The notes beneath the pieces were generated by a model that was not told where the DNA came from, made no database searches, and saw only the letters and a program-made list of their open reading frames with translations. A DNA stretch of 46,046 bases from a virus (taxonomy: Duplodnaviria > Caudoviricetes): the IMG/VR virus record IMGVR_UViG_3300017780_005735, positions 1 through 46,046 of that record; one strand, 5' to 3'. This document shows positions 34,748 through 42,669 of this stretch, one piece after another (positions within the stretch are counted from its first letter, which is position 1; each line of letters starts with the position of its first letter). A program made the position numbers and the translations under genes.

Positions 34748-34890
34748 GCACGTTCAGGACTTTCAGACGCGACATCTCTGTTCTCATCTTTCTTTTCCGC
34801 TACCATGTTCCGGGTCCGTGGGCGGTCAGGTGTGGGTGTGACTTTCTGGGAGGGCGTCTGTTGCGCAACATCAAAAGGCCGATGAAATGA
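34744..34890 (+). CDS. Small hypothetical protein
   Basis: GTGA and ATGA overlaps at both ends. Confidence 0.35.
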   Translation: MSTFRTFRRDISVLIFLFRYHVPGPWAVRCGCDFLGGRLLRNIKRPMK

Positions 34891-35084
34891 CCCGCTACCA
34901 AGTCTGGAAAGTTCGTGAACGGGCCAGGTTCCGTGCGGAGGCGGAGTTCGCGCGGTGCCGTCGCCTGCGTGTGCCGCTGCGGCTGGTGTCGAAGCAGGAG
35001 CGCGTCATCAACGCAGTTCTCGCGGAGCATCTCGCCAAGATGGAAGCGTGGAAGCGCAACATACCGGAGCCCTTCCTCGGATGA
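34887..35084 (+). CDS. Small basic hypothetical protein
   Basis: ATGA overlaps at both ends. Confidence 0.5.
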   Translation: MTRYQVWKVRERARFRAEAEFARCRRLRVPLRLVSKQERVINAVLAEHLAKMEAWKRNIPEPFLG

Positions 35085-35818
35085 CCCTCCTCAAGCTCCC
35101 GCCTCCCGGCCAGCGTTACGACGGCAAGCCTGTGAAATGGCCGACCGCGTGGTCGCACAGCGCCGTCACGCTTTTCGAGGACTGCCCGCAGAAGTGGTAC
35201 GCGATCAAGGTGCTCGGCTGGCCTGACCCGCCTGGCCCCGCACTGAAGAAAGGCCGCGCTGTCCACGAGGCTGGCGCCGAGTTCCTGCAGGTCCCCGGCT
35301 CGCCGCTGCCGCGCGCCTACGAGAAGTTCGCGGGCATGATGCAGCAGCTGCGCAGCATCAACCCCTACACCGACCTCAAGATGACGTTCACGCCGTCGTG
35401 GGAGCTGCGCAGCGGCGGCTGGTTCGACAAGGACCCGAACCTGTGGCTCCGCCTCGAGTGGGACGCTGGCAAGGTCTACCAGGATCGCACCGCCGACATC
35501 GTCGACTTCAAGACGGGCAAGCGGTACGACGACAAGAACGATGACCAGATGGACCTCTACGCCCTCTCGGCGTTCATCAAATTCCGTTCGCCGGAGGTGA
35601 CGACGCGGCTCTGGTATCTCGACAGCGGGCTCGAGGTTGTCGGGCCTGGCGGCAGCGGCAAGAAGTACACGATCGAGCAGGCGCCGGCGCTCATGTCGAA
35701 GTGGACGCAGCGCGCGAACGCCATGCTGAAGGCGACGGAGTTTCCGCCGCGGCCGAACAAGTTCTGCGAGCACTGCCCGGTGTCGAGCCGGAAGGGTGGG
35801 CCATGTGCGGAAGGGTGA
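35081..35818 (+). CDS. PD-(D/E)XK (Cas4/RecB-like) exonuclease
   Basis: WSHSAVTLFEDCPQKW, G..VH, IVDFKTGK, QMDLYA, FCEHCPV..C. Confidence 0.85.
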   Translation: MTLLKLPPPGQRYDGKPVKWPTAWSHSAVTLFEDCPQKWYAIKVLGWPDPPGPALKKGRAVHEAGAEFLQVPGSPLPRAYEKFAGMMQQLRSINPYTDLKMTFTPSWELRSGGWFDKDPNLWLRLEWDAGKVYQDRTADIVDFKTGKRYDDKNDDQMDLYALSAFIKFRSPEVTTRLWYLDSGLEVVGPGGSGKKYTIEQAPALMSKWTQRANAMLKATEFPPRPNKFCEHCPVSSRKGGPCAEG

Positions 35819-36468
35819 AATACAACGGAGGTCGGTCGTGGTCTGTCTGGTACGACTTCCCAGACGGCTCTACGTTCCGCTTCTACGACAACCTGCCTGC
35901 GGAGTGGATAGCTGACGTTATGAGAAAGAGGCTGGAGCGCGACGAGGTTAGACCCCTGACGAAGCTGGCAGACAAGCTGGGCGTCGAGTGGGAGCGCAAC
36001 CACAAGGGGGCCGGCGCTAGCAGCGGCTGGCCGGACTTGAAGTTCTACATCTGGGGCGGCCGGCCGTGGCTCGTCGAGATGAAGCGGAAAGGCAAAGAGC
36101 CCACCGCGCTACAGTGGGTGCGTATCAACGCTCTGAGGGACCTGGGATATGACGTGGACTGGTTCGACAATGCTGACGCGGCCTGCGAAGCCCTCACACG
36201 TCGAGTGGATTCCGTCGCCAGGACAAGAGCGCGCCAGAGCAGCATTAATGACCTCCACGCGCTGCGCTTTGTGGGCGGACCCGGGGGCGGGCAAGACGTC
36301 AATCACCTTGGCAGCGTTTTTGGCTCTAAAGAGCTCAAGCCCGAGCTTGCGGATGCTTGTCGTCGCGCCGCTGCGAGTGTGCCAGCTGCAGTGGAGGCAG
36401 GAAGCCCTGCAGTGGACGCAGTTCCGCCACCTCAAGATCAACTTCCTGCACGGCCCAAAGAAAGCTGA
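35803..36468 (+). CDS. VRR-NUC domain nuclease (start may be ATG 35920)
   Basis: GWPDL..LVEMKRKG..PTALQ...LRDLGYDV. Confidence 0.8.
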   Translation: MCGRVKYNGGRSWSVWYDFPDGSTFRFYDNLPAEWIADVMRKRLERDEVRPLTKLADKLGVEWERNHKGAGASSGWPDLKFYIWGGRPWLVEMKRKGKEPTALQWVRINALRDLGYDVDWFDNADAACEALTRRVDSVARTRARQSSINDLHALRFVGGPGGGQDVNHLGSVFGSKELKPELADACRRAAASVPAAVEAGSPAVDAVPPPQDQLPARPKES

Positions 36469-38230
36469 CCTGCTCCGCGAGCAGGCCGACATCTACCTCA
36501 TAAACTTCGACGGCCTTGTGTGGTTGTCCAAGCAGTTCCGCGGCAACCTCCCGTTCGACGTCGTCTGCCTCGACGAGTCGACGAAGATCAAGAACTACAG
36601 CGCCGAGCGGTCGAAGGCGCTGCGCAAATGCACCGCGCACACGCCGATCAAATGGATGCTTACGGGCACGCCGAACCCCAACGGCTACATGGACCTGTTC
36701 GGCCAGTTCCTCTGGCTCGACGGCGGCCAGGCGCTCGGCAGACATGTGACGGCTTTCCGCGACATGTTTTTCCGCAAGGCGTTCAACGGCTTCGACTATG
36801 ATCTGCAGAAAGGCGGCGGGGAGCGTATCGAGCAGCGCATCGCCGGGCTCGTGCACCGCCTGCCGTTCACGGACCTGCCGCCGCTGGTGAACGACGTCCG
36901 CTGGTGCGAGATGTCGCCAGAGGGCCGCAAGTTCTACAAGACGATGGAGAAGGAACAGGTCGTCAAGTTCAGCGACACCTTCACCGTCATCGCCGGCTCC
37001 ACGGGCGCCCACCAGTCGGCGCTCGAGCAGATGGCGAACGGCGCGATCTACACGTCCGCCGGCAGCGAGTCGTTCTGGGGCTTTGACGATGCGAAGCTGG
37101 ACGCGCTCGACGAGCTGATCGAGGAGATGAACGGGCAGCCGCTGCTTGTGGCATTCCAGTTCCACCACGACATCGAACGTATCAAGATGCGCCGCGGCGA
37201 CGGTATCGCGGTTCTGGCCGGCGGCGTCAGCGCCAAGGTCGCCGAGGAAATCCAGCGCGCGTGGAACGCTGGCGAGATCAAGGAACTCTACGTTCACCCA
37301 GCCAGCATCGGTCACGGGCTGAACCTGCAGCGCGGCGGAGCCGCCCATGTCTGCTGGTTCTCGGCCACGTTCGACCTCGAGCTCTGGGAACAGCTTATCC
37401 GGCGCATCTGGCGTCAGGGTAACAAGGCCCCGCGGATCGTGAACCACATCCTAGCGATGAAGGGCACGATTGACGAGGCGAAGCTGGACGCCGTGGTCTA
37501 TAAATCTGTTGACCAGGCACGGCTCTTGCAGTCTATGGAACAACAAGGATCGGCGCTGCCGAGTGAGAAGGAGACCACAATGAGTGAAACACGCCTCGGC
37601 TTCCAAGCCGGTAACGCCCCCGCGCCTGCTGCTGGCTGGGGACCGCCCAACACTGCCGCGTCTGCCGCCGCTCCGGGCTGGGGGCCACCCTCTGCCGCTG
37701 CGCCGGCTCCTGCGGCCGCCCCGGGAGGCTGGGGACCGCCCGCTGCCGCTGCGCCGGCCGCTGCGCCCGCACAGGTCGCCGAGGTCCAGAGCCGCGTCCA
37801 AGGCGGTTGGGGTGGCGGCGCTGCCGCTCCGCAAGCCGAGCCTGCCTACGCTCCGCAGCCCGCCTATGCGCCGCAGCCCGACCAGGATGAGGGCGCCCGC
37901 CACTTCTCCCCGGCGGTTCAGGAAGCCATGGCGACGCTGAACCAGAACGGCAACGCGGCCCACGTCAACTACGCAGCGCCGCCGGCCGCTCCGGCTCCCG
38001 AAGCCGAGAAGCCGAAGCGCACGCGCAAGGCTGGCGCTACGGACGTCAAGATGGATGGCGCACTCACTCAGACCACGGATCAAGTCGACCTGCGCGAGAA
38101 AGTCGGCTATGACGTCGCGGCGAATCTGATCGGCGCCCGCGCGAGCGACTTCTGCAACATCTCCATCAACATCAGCGGCGACCGCGCGATGGTTGCCGCC
38201 GCGATCAGGGCGCTCGCCGGTACCCTGTAG
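36149..38230 (+). CDS. SNF2-family helicase with in-frame Pro/Ala-rich C-terminal extension
   Basis: DPGAGKT, VVAPLRV, CLDEST, LTGTP, GHGLNLQ, QLIRRIWRQG. Confidence 0.9.
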   Translation: MTWTGSTMLTRPAKPSHVEWIPSPGQERARAALMTSTRCALWADPGAGKTSITLAAFLALKSSSPSLRMLVVAPLRVCQLQWRQEALQWTQFRHLKINFLHGPKKADLLREQADIYLINFDGLVWLSKQFRGNLPFDVVCLDESTKIKNYSAERSKALRKCTAHTPIKWMLTGTPNPNGYMDLFGQFLWLDGGQALGRHVTAFRDMFFRKAFNGFDYDLQKGGGERIEQRIAGLVHRLPFTDLPPLVNDVRWCEMSPEGRKFYKTMEKEQVVKFSDTFTVIAGSTGAHQSALEQMANGAIYTSAGSESFWGFDDAKLDALDELIEEMNGQPLLVAFQFHHDIERIKMRRGDGIAVLAGGVSAKVAEEIQRAWNAGEIKELYVHPASIGHGLNLQRGGAAHVCWFSATFDLELWEQLIRRIWRQGNKAPRIVNHILAMKGTIDEAKLDAVVYKSVDQARLLQSMEQQGSALPSEKETTMSETRLGFQAGNAPAPAAGWGPPNTAASAAAPGWGPPSAAAPAPAAAPGGWGPPAAAAPAAAPAQVAEVQSRVQGGWGGGAAAPQAEPAYAPQPAYAPQPDQDEGARHFSPAVQEAMATLNQNGNAAHVNYAAPPAAPAPEAEKPKRTRKAGATDVKMDGALTQTTDQVDLREKVGYDVAANLIGARASDFCNISINISGDRAMVAAAIRALAGTL

Positions 38231-38256
38231 ACAAGCTCCCACCCCCGGAGTAACTT

Positions 38257-38288
38257 GGGCTCTACGGTTCGCCGTGGAGCCCTTTTCT
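38257..38288 (+). terminator. Intrinsic terminator
   Basis: GGGCTCTACGG-TTCG-CCGTGGAGCCC followed by TTTTCTT. Confidence 0.8.
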
Positions 38289-38289
38289 T

Positions 38290-38538
38290 ATGGTCGAAGC
38301 CATCGTCGCAATTTCCATAATGGTCGGGTTCGCCCTGCTGGCCTGGTGGGCCAAGGCGCAAGGCCGCGAGCTACAGCAAGCACTCGACGCGCTCGAGGGC
38401 GCGGCTCAAGAGTCGGAAGTCAAGGAAGCATCCAATGCGCTACGCGAAACTGCTGCTGCCGCTCGTCCTTCTAGTGGCCGTTATTCTGATGACCGGCTGT
38501 CAACAACTCCGCTTCCTGATGCCGACTACCGAGACTGA
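38290..38538 (+). CDS. Putative i-spanin (Rz-like)
   Basis: N-terminal TM followed by a helical domain; overlapped by a lipoprotein ORF. Confidence 0.65.
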   Translation: MVEAIVAISIMVGFALLAWWAKAQGRELQQALDALEGAAQESEVKEASNALRETAAAARPSSGRYSDDRLSTTPLPDADYRD

Positions 38539-38707
38539 GGACGTCGTGTTGCGCCGGGACGTGTGCGACTCGTGGCGTCTGATTCTTGTATCACGAAGCG
38601 ACGTGTTCACCGTCGGCACACAGACCCAAGTAGCCGACAATAACGCCGCAAGGAGAGTGTGGTGTCCAGACGAAAAGCCAGCAGCCAAGAAACCACAGAC
38701 GCCGTAG
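38435..38707 (+). CDS. Putative o-spanin (Rz1-like lipoprotein)
   Basis: Signal peptide with lipobox-like LMTGC; VCDSW..SRSD..T..Q...NN....WC. Confidence 0.7.
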   Translation: MRYAKLLLPLVLLVAVILMTGCQQLRFLMPTTETEDVVLRRDVCDSWRLILVSRSDVFTVGTQTQVADNNAARRVWCPDEKPAAKKPQTP

Positions 38708-39123
38708 TTAAGGGCTGGCTGTACGTTGGCTCAGACTGTCTGCTTTGGCCCCACGGAAGATCCAATGGGTACGGCGCGTCGGTTGTTTTTAACGGGGTAA
38801 GCGCTCGGCCTCATGAGCACGTCTGCGAGCTTGTGAACGGGCCGCGTCCCGCCCATCACGACGCAGCGCACGAGTGCGGCAACGCACTGTGCTACAGCGG
38901 CAGGCACCTGACGTGGAAAGTCCCCGTAGATAACGCCGCCGACATGGAGCGCCACGGTACGTTGTCGTTTGGGGAAGCTCGTCACAACGCCCGGCTAACT
39001 GCCGAGGACGCCAGGCTTGTCAAAACAAGCTACGAATCCGGGGCTGCTCTGGCCCGTCGTTTCGGTGTCCACGTCATGACGATAAGCGACATCCGGCGCG
39101 GTAAGACGTGGCGCCGGGCATAG
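38659..39123 (+). CDS. HNH homing-type endonuclease (paralog of 31331..31801)
   Basis: CLLWP..NGYG..H..VCE..GP.P..DAAHECGN..C..HL.WK..DN.AD..HGT; LARRFGV..TISDIRRGKTW. Confidence 0.8.
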   Translation: MVSRRKASSQETTDAVVKGWLYVGSDCLLWPHGRSNGYGASVVFNGVSARPHEHVCELVNGPRPAHHDAAHECGNALCYSGRHLTWKVPVDNAADMERHGTLSFGEARHNARLTAEDARLVKTSYESGAALARRFGVHVMTISDIRRGKTWRRA

Positions 39124-39200
39124 TCTGTCTTGAAGTGCTAGGAAGCCCTCAAACGCCTGCTGCGCCGACCGCTTTGCCGCCTCGTAACGAGACCTGAGAG

Positions 39201-39425
39201 CTACCACGGGCGCCCCTCTACCCTCGCTTGCCAGCCGTCGGCCTGCTGCTCCAACGCAGATTTCAAAGCTGGGTGGACAAAGAGGGTGTCGCCGAGGCGC
39301 AGTGCTAGTGGCTTCAGCTTGACGCGTCCGCGGATGCCTTTCTTGAGTCTACGTATCGCGCGGCTTGGAGACCGGCACCCGGAAGTGTCGATCTTGAGCG
39401 CCGTGTCTGTCACGATCACGCGCAT
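39201..39425 (-). CDS. Hypothetical protein (last gene of the leftward arm)
   Basis: TGATG coupling; RSPSRAIRRLKKG. Confidence 0.55.
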   Translation of the reverse strand: MRVIVTDTALKIDTSGCRSPSRAIRRLKKGIRGRVKLKPLALRLGDTLFVHPALKSALEQQADGWQARVEGRPW

Positions 39426-40063
39426 CAGAAAAACCGTTTCTCGATGTGGACCTGGAAGTCCCGGGCGGTCGGGAAGTCGTTGAAGATTTCCGCGTCGACG
39501 GAAAGCATGGTCACGAGAGCCTCAGACGAGTGCATCCCAGATACGACAGGCCCCGGATCACGCACCACGCGGAACACCTTGCCGCCCAGCGACTTGATCG
39601 CTTCCACCTCGTTCGGGAACCGCACGTCCGTCACGACGATCCCCGTGCCGTCGCGCATGGCCCGCGACGCGCGCCGCTTGAACGTGTCGATCCACAGGTC
39701 GGGGTGGATCAGGTCGCGGCCCCACTCCGTCCCCAGCGTCTGCATGGCGTGCCGCGCCGTCTTGCCCATGAGCAGGTCGGTGACGTGCTCCTTGCGGTCG
39801 CCGTCGGTGTACTGGGCCGGGTAGGTGCCCTTGGACCCGTCGAGCCGGAACTCGAGCAGCGTGCGCAGCATGGCCTTCAGCGGCTCGGCGAAGCTGAACT
39901 TCTGCCACGCGTGGTCGACGAACACTTGGCCGGCAGTGTCCTTGCCGGATCCGGCCAGGCCGGTGAATCCAATGAGACGGGGGTTCATAACTTCTCCTAC
40001 GGTTGGATACATCCGCTTCGCCTCGGCGAGGCCGATCCAGCGGATAGGTGCGAAAAGGCTCAC
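39425..40063 (-). CDS. Deoxynucleoside monophosphate kinase (alternative start ATG 39988 with AGGAG)
   Basis: IGFTGLAGSGKDT, FAEPLK, RHAMQTLGTEWGR, VTDVRFPNE, HSSE. Confidence 0.9.
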   Translation of the reverse strand: MSLFAPIRWIGLAEAKRMYPTVGEVMNPRLIGFTGLAGSGKDTAGQVFVDHAWQKFSFAEPLKAMLRTLLEFRLDGSKGTYPAQYTDGDRKEHVTDLLMGKTARHAMQTLGTEWGRDLIHPDLWIDTFKRRASRAMRDGTGIVVTDVRFPNEVEAIKSLGGKVFRVVRDPGPVVSGMHSSEALVTMLSVDAEIFNDFPTARDFQVHIEKRFF

Positions 40064-40668
40064 GGTTTAACTTGGTCGAACATGTCGAGGAACCGCCGCC
40101 GGGCCTGGGCGGGCTGCACAGCGTAGCGGTCGATGATGTCCTCGGCACCGGTGTAGGGCGGGAAGTCACGCATAAACTGACCCCACTCCTCCTCGGTCGT
40201 CACTGGCCCGAGCAGTGCCAGCTTCTCCGTCGTGCAGATACGTCCATCGGCGTCCTTCACGAACGGGTGCATTTCGACAGGCACGTCGAACTTCTTGGCG
40301 ATCACTTCCCACAGCCGCTTCTCAGCGGCGCGGTACTCGGGGAACGCCCGCTTGATCGGCGACGGCATGTCGATCAGATAAGCCTCGGTGGCGTCGTGCA
40401 GGAGAGCTTGGCGAATTATCTCGCGCTCCGCCCACGCCGGGTACAGCGTCTCAGTAGCCAGCCGCGTCGCCACAATTCGCGCCACATACACGCTGTGTTC
40501 GGCGACGCTGTAGTGCCGCGACGTGTAGCCGCTGAACCTGCAGGTGTGCGCCAGCGCGTGGGCGATGTCGCCGATTCTGAGGTCGTCGGGGTCCATGTTC
40601 AGCGGGTCGGCGAAATGCCCGTTGAGCGTCTCGATCTTGCTGCTAAGCGTTCTATGCGTGTACAACAT
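40060..40668 (-). CDS. HD-domain 5'-deoxynucleotidase (YfbR/YfdR-like)
   Basis: DIAHALAHTCRFSG..YSVAEHS..ALLHDATEAYLIDMPSPIK. Confidence 0.88.
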   Translation of the reverse strand: MLYTHRTLSSKIETLNGHFADPLNMDPDDLRIGDIAHALAHTCRFSGYTSRHYSVAEHSVYVARIVATRLATETLYPAWAEREIIRQALLHDATEAYLIDMPSPIKRAFPEYRAAEKRLWEVIAKKFDVPVEMHPFVKDADGRICTTEKLALLGPVTTEEEWGQFMRDFPPYTGAEDIIDRYAVQPAQARRRFLDMFDQVKP

Positions 40669-42455
40669 CAGGCCCTCCACCGGCCATTGAACCAAGTCAC
40701 CATCTGGCGCTTCCCGTTCGGGTGCACCACGCAATCAGTATGCGTCCATGAGGATGGGGCTCCCCGAGCATACTCCATGTCGAGCCGGGCGGACACTCCA
40801 ACCTGATAGGCCCCGTTGAAGATACCGGCGGAGTGCGAGTGTCCAATGACGAGCTTCCGCCCAATTCTTGCCAGGTTCCTGATAGAGCCCCGCGCTCCTC
40901 CGGGGCCTTGATCGCCGTGCAGGCCGAGCTCAACACCGCCGCTGCGATCGCGGCACACCACGTAGCTTTCACCTGGCTCAAGGAACTTCACCTTTTTCAC
41001 CGGGCCATTCGTCGTGACGGCCCACTTCAGCGCATGAAATGAGGACCCTGCACGGATCGCGCCAAGGAAAGCCTTCTGGCAGTCGAGGTAGAACTCGGCG
41101 TTCACCGGGTCGCTGCGCCAGTCGGCTTCCTTCAACCACCGCTCGAGATGCCGGTCGTGGTTCGAATCGGCCACGATGACGCGCGAGTGCTGTGTCATTA
41201 TGGTCAGCAGGCGCGAGACGCCCATCACCTCGTCGAGCACGTCCTCCCGTTTCTGGACGTGCAAGGCGAACATCTTGTGCGGGTCGCGTCGGTTGTGGTG
41301 GCTCCTGCTTTCGAAGTCGAGGATGTCGTGCGCCACCTGCAGGTCCGGGCACAGGACTTCCACGAAGCCGCCAGGCCCCCACTTCGCGCCGACCATCTGC
41401 GGGTCGAGCTGGCGCTCATGCAGGTCGCCGTGGACGATCGCTGTCGCGCCGATGGACGGAGCCACCGTGCCGTCCGTCATGACGCACACGTCGAGGTCGT
41501 AGAGCCGGCCCTTGCTGTCGACGTGGAGCTGGCGAGCCCACCAGTTGCCGTCAGAGTTCACCTCGACGATCATGCCGCCATAGACGTGGTCGAACTCAGC
41601 CTTCTGGCCCGCTTTCTTCTGGATGTAGTTCAGCTGCGTGCAGGCGCCGGTCGTGTACTGCAGCTTCGCGTTGCTGTCCGTCATTGTGGGAATGGACGCC
41701 ATCGCCACCTTGGCGTGCGGAAAAATGGAGCTTGCCCGGCCGTTATAGTTCGCCATGCCCGACAGCGGATCGACCGCTGTGGGCAGGATGTTCATGTGTC
41801 CATTGAAGACGAGGGATGGCGCCAGTGCAACCATCTCGTCGCACGCAAACTCCTCGATTCTGGGGTCATACCAATCCGTGCCGGTGTCACCCTTAGCAGA
41901 ACCGCGCTTTGCGCTGCCTTCTTGTCGGTGGGAGTAGGAGAAGGTGGATACAAGGAGAGATGCTCCGTAATATCCGGCGAGGGCGCGGATGGCGTTCCAA
42001 GTTGGTTCATGGAGCTTTGTCCCAGATTGAGCACAGGTGACGATGTAGCGTGCAATTTCCTCGCCCTTCGGCAGAGGCATCTTGCGGGCCTTGAGCGCAG
42101 CGACCGCGCCTTTAGGCTTCCAGTCGGAGCGCCGGACGGCTTCCCGCAGGCGGTTCTGGACCGTAGCCCTGTTGATACCCAGGGCAAGGGCTGCGGCGCT
42201 CTGAGAGCCGTGCACCTCGACGGCTCGTACGGTCTCCGCAATCTGGTCGGCAGACAGCCCCTGCGCGCCGGAGTGCACAAGCGAGTCAGGCACGACCTCG
42301 TCGGGAAGGCGGCGTTTGATCTGAACGATGCGGTCGCGGAGAGTTCTGTCGTGTATGCCGAGCTCTGACGCTACCTTGGCGCGGTGTCCGTTATGCTTGC
42401 GTAGGGCCTTAGCTGTCCTCTTCAGGACGGCCGTCGGCATGGACTTTCCCACCAC
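40668..42455 (-). CDS. T5 A1-like calcineurin-type metallophosphoesterase/nuclease with two N-terminal HTHs
   Basis: GDLH, HDILD, SNHD, HGD, GHSH; TTGACTQLNYIQKKAGQKAEFDH recalled as A1-like. Confidence 0.7.
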   Translation of the reverse strand: MVGKSMPTAVLKRTAKALRKHNGHRAKVASELGIHDRTLRDRIVQIKRRLPDEVVPDSLVHSGAQGLSADQIAETVRAVEVHGSQSAAALALGINRATVQNRLREAVRRSDWKPKGAVAALKARKMPLPKGEEIARYIVTCAQSGTKLHEPTWNAIRALAGYYGASLLVSTFSYSHRQEGSAKRGSAKGDTGTDWYDPRIEEFACDEMVALAPSLVFNGHMNILPTAVDPLSGMANYNGRASSIFPHAKVAMASIPTMTDSNAKLQYTTGACTQLNYIQKKAGQKAEFDHVYGGMIVEVNSDGNWWARQLHVDSKGRLYDLDVCVMTDGTVAPSIGATAIVHGDLHERQLDPQMVGAKWGPGGFVEVLCPDLQVAHDILDFESRSHHNRRDPHKMFALHVQKREDVLDEVMGVSRLLTIMTQHSRVIVADSNHDRHLERWLKEADWRSDPVNAEFYLDCQKAFLGAIRAGSSFHALKWAVTTNGPVKKVKFLEPGESYVVCRDRSGGVELGLHGDQGPGGARGSIRNLARIGRKLVIGHSHSAGIFNGAYQVGVSARLDMEYARGAPSSWTHTDCVVHPNGKRQMVTWFNGRWRA

Positions 42456-42669
42456 GCAGTATCTCCATCTCTACCCGGTGAGCCTCCTCTGCCCGCCGGT
42501 TCTTGTTGATGACATACCAGAGGTTCACAGCCGCGCCAAGCAGTGCCACGATGGCCGTGACGACTGCAGCAATCTCAGGAAGCCCCATCCCCCACACGGT
42601 GATGGTCGCAACCGTACCCCCGTACATCGACACTTGCGATGCAGACTCTATGCCATTGTCCCCGACCAC
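42409..42669 (-). CDS. Holin-like membrane protein
   Basis: GTG overlaps the upstream TAG; hydrophobic core followed by NLWYVINKNRRAEE. Confidence 0.55.
   Translation of the reverse strand: MVGDNGIESASQVSMYGGTVATITVWGMGLPEIAAVVTAIVALLGAAVNLWYVINKNRRAEEAHRVEMEILRGGKVHADGRPEEDS

Noticed and set aside
35081-35818. Cas4-like gene as part of a CRISPR system
   Set aside because: No repeat-spacer array or other cas genes; this is a common phage replication nuclease
39425-40668. Z-genome (diaminopurine) or other hypermodification pathway suggested by the HD enzyme, kinase and PolA
   Set aside because: No PurZ, MazZ, queuosine-pathway, thymidylate synthase-like or glycosyltransferase gene is recognisable; the HD protein looks YfdR/YfbR-like
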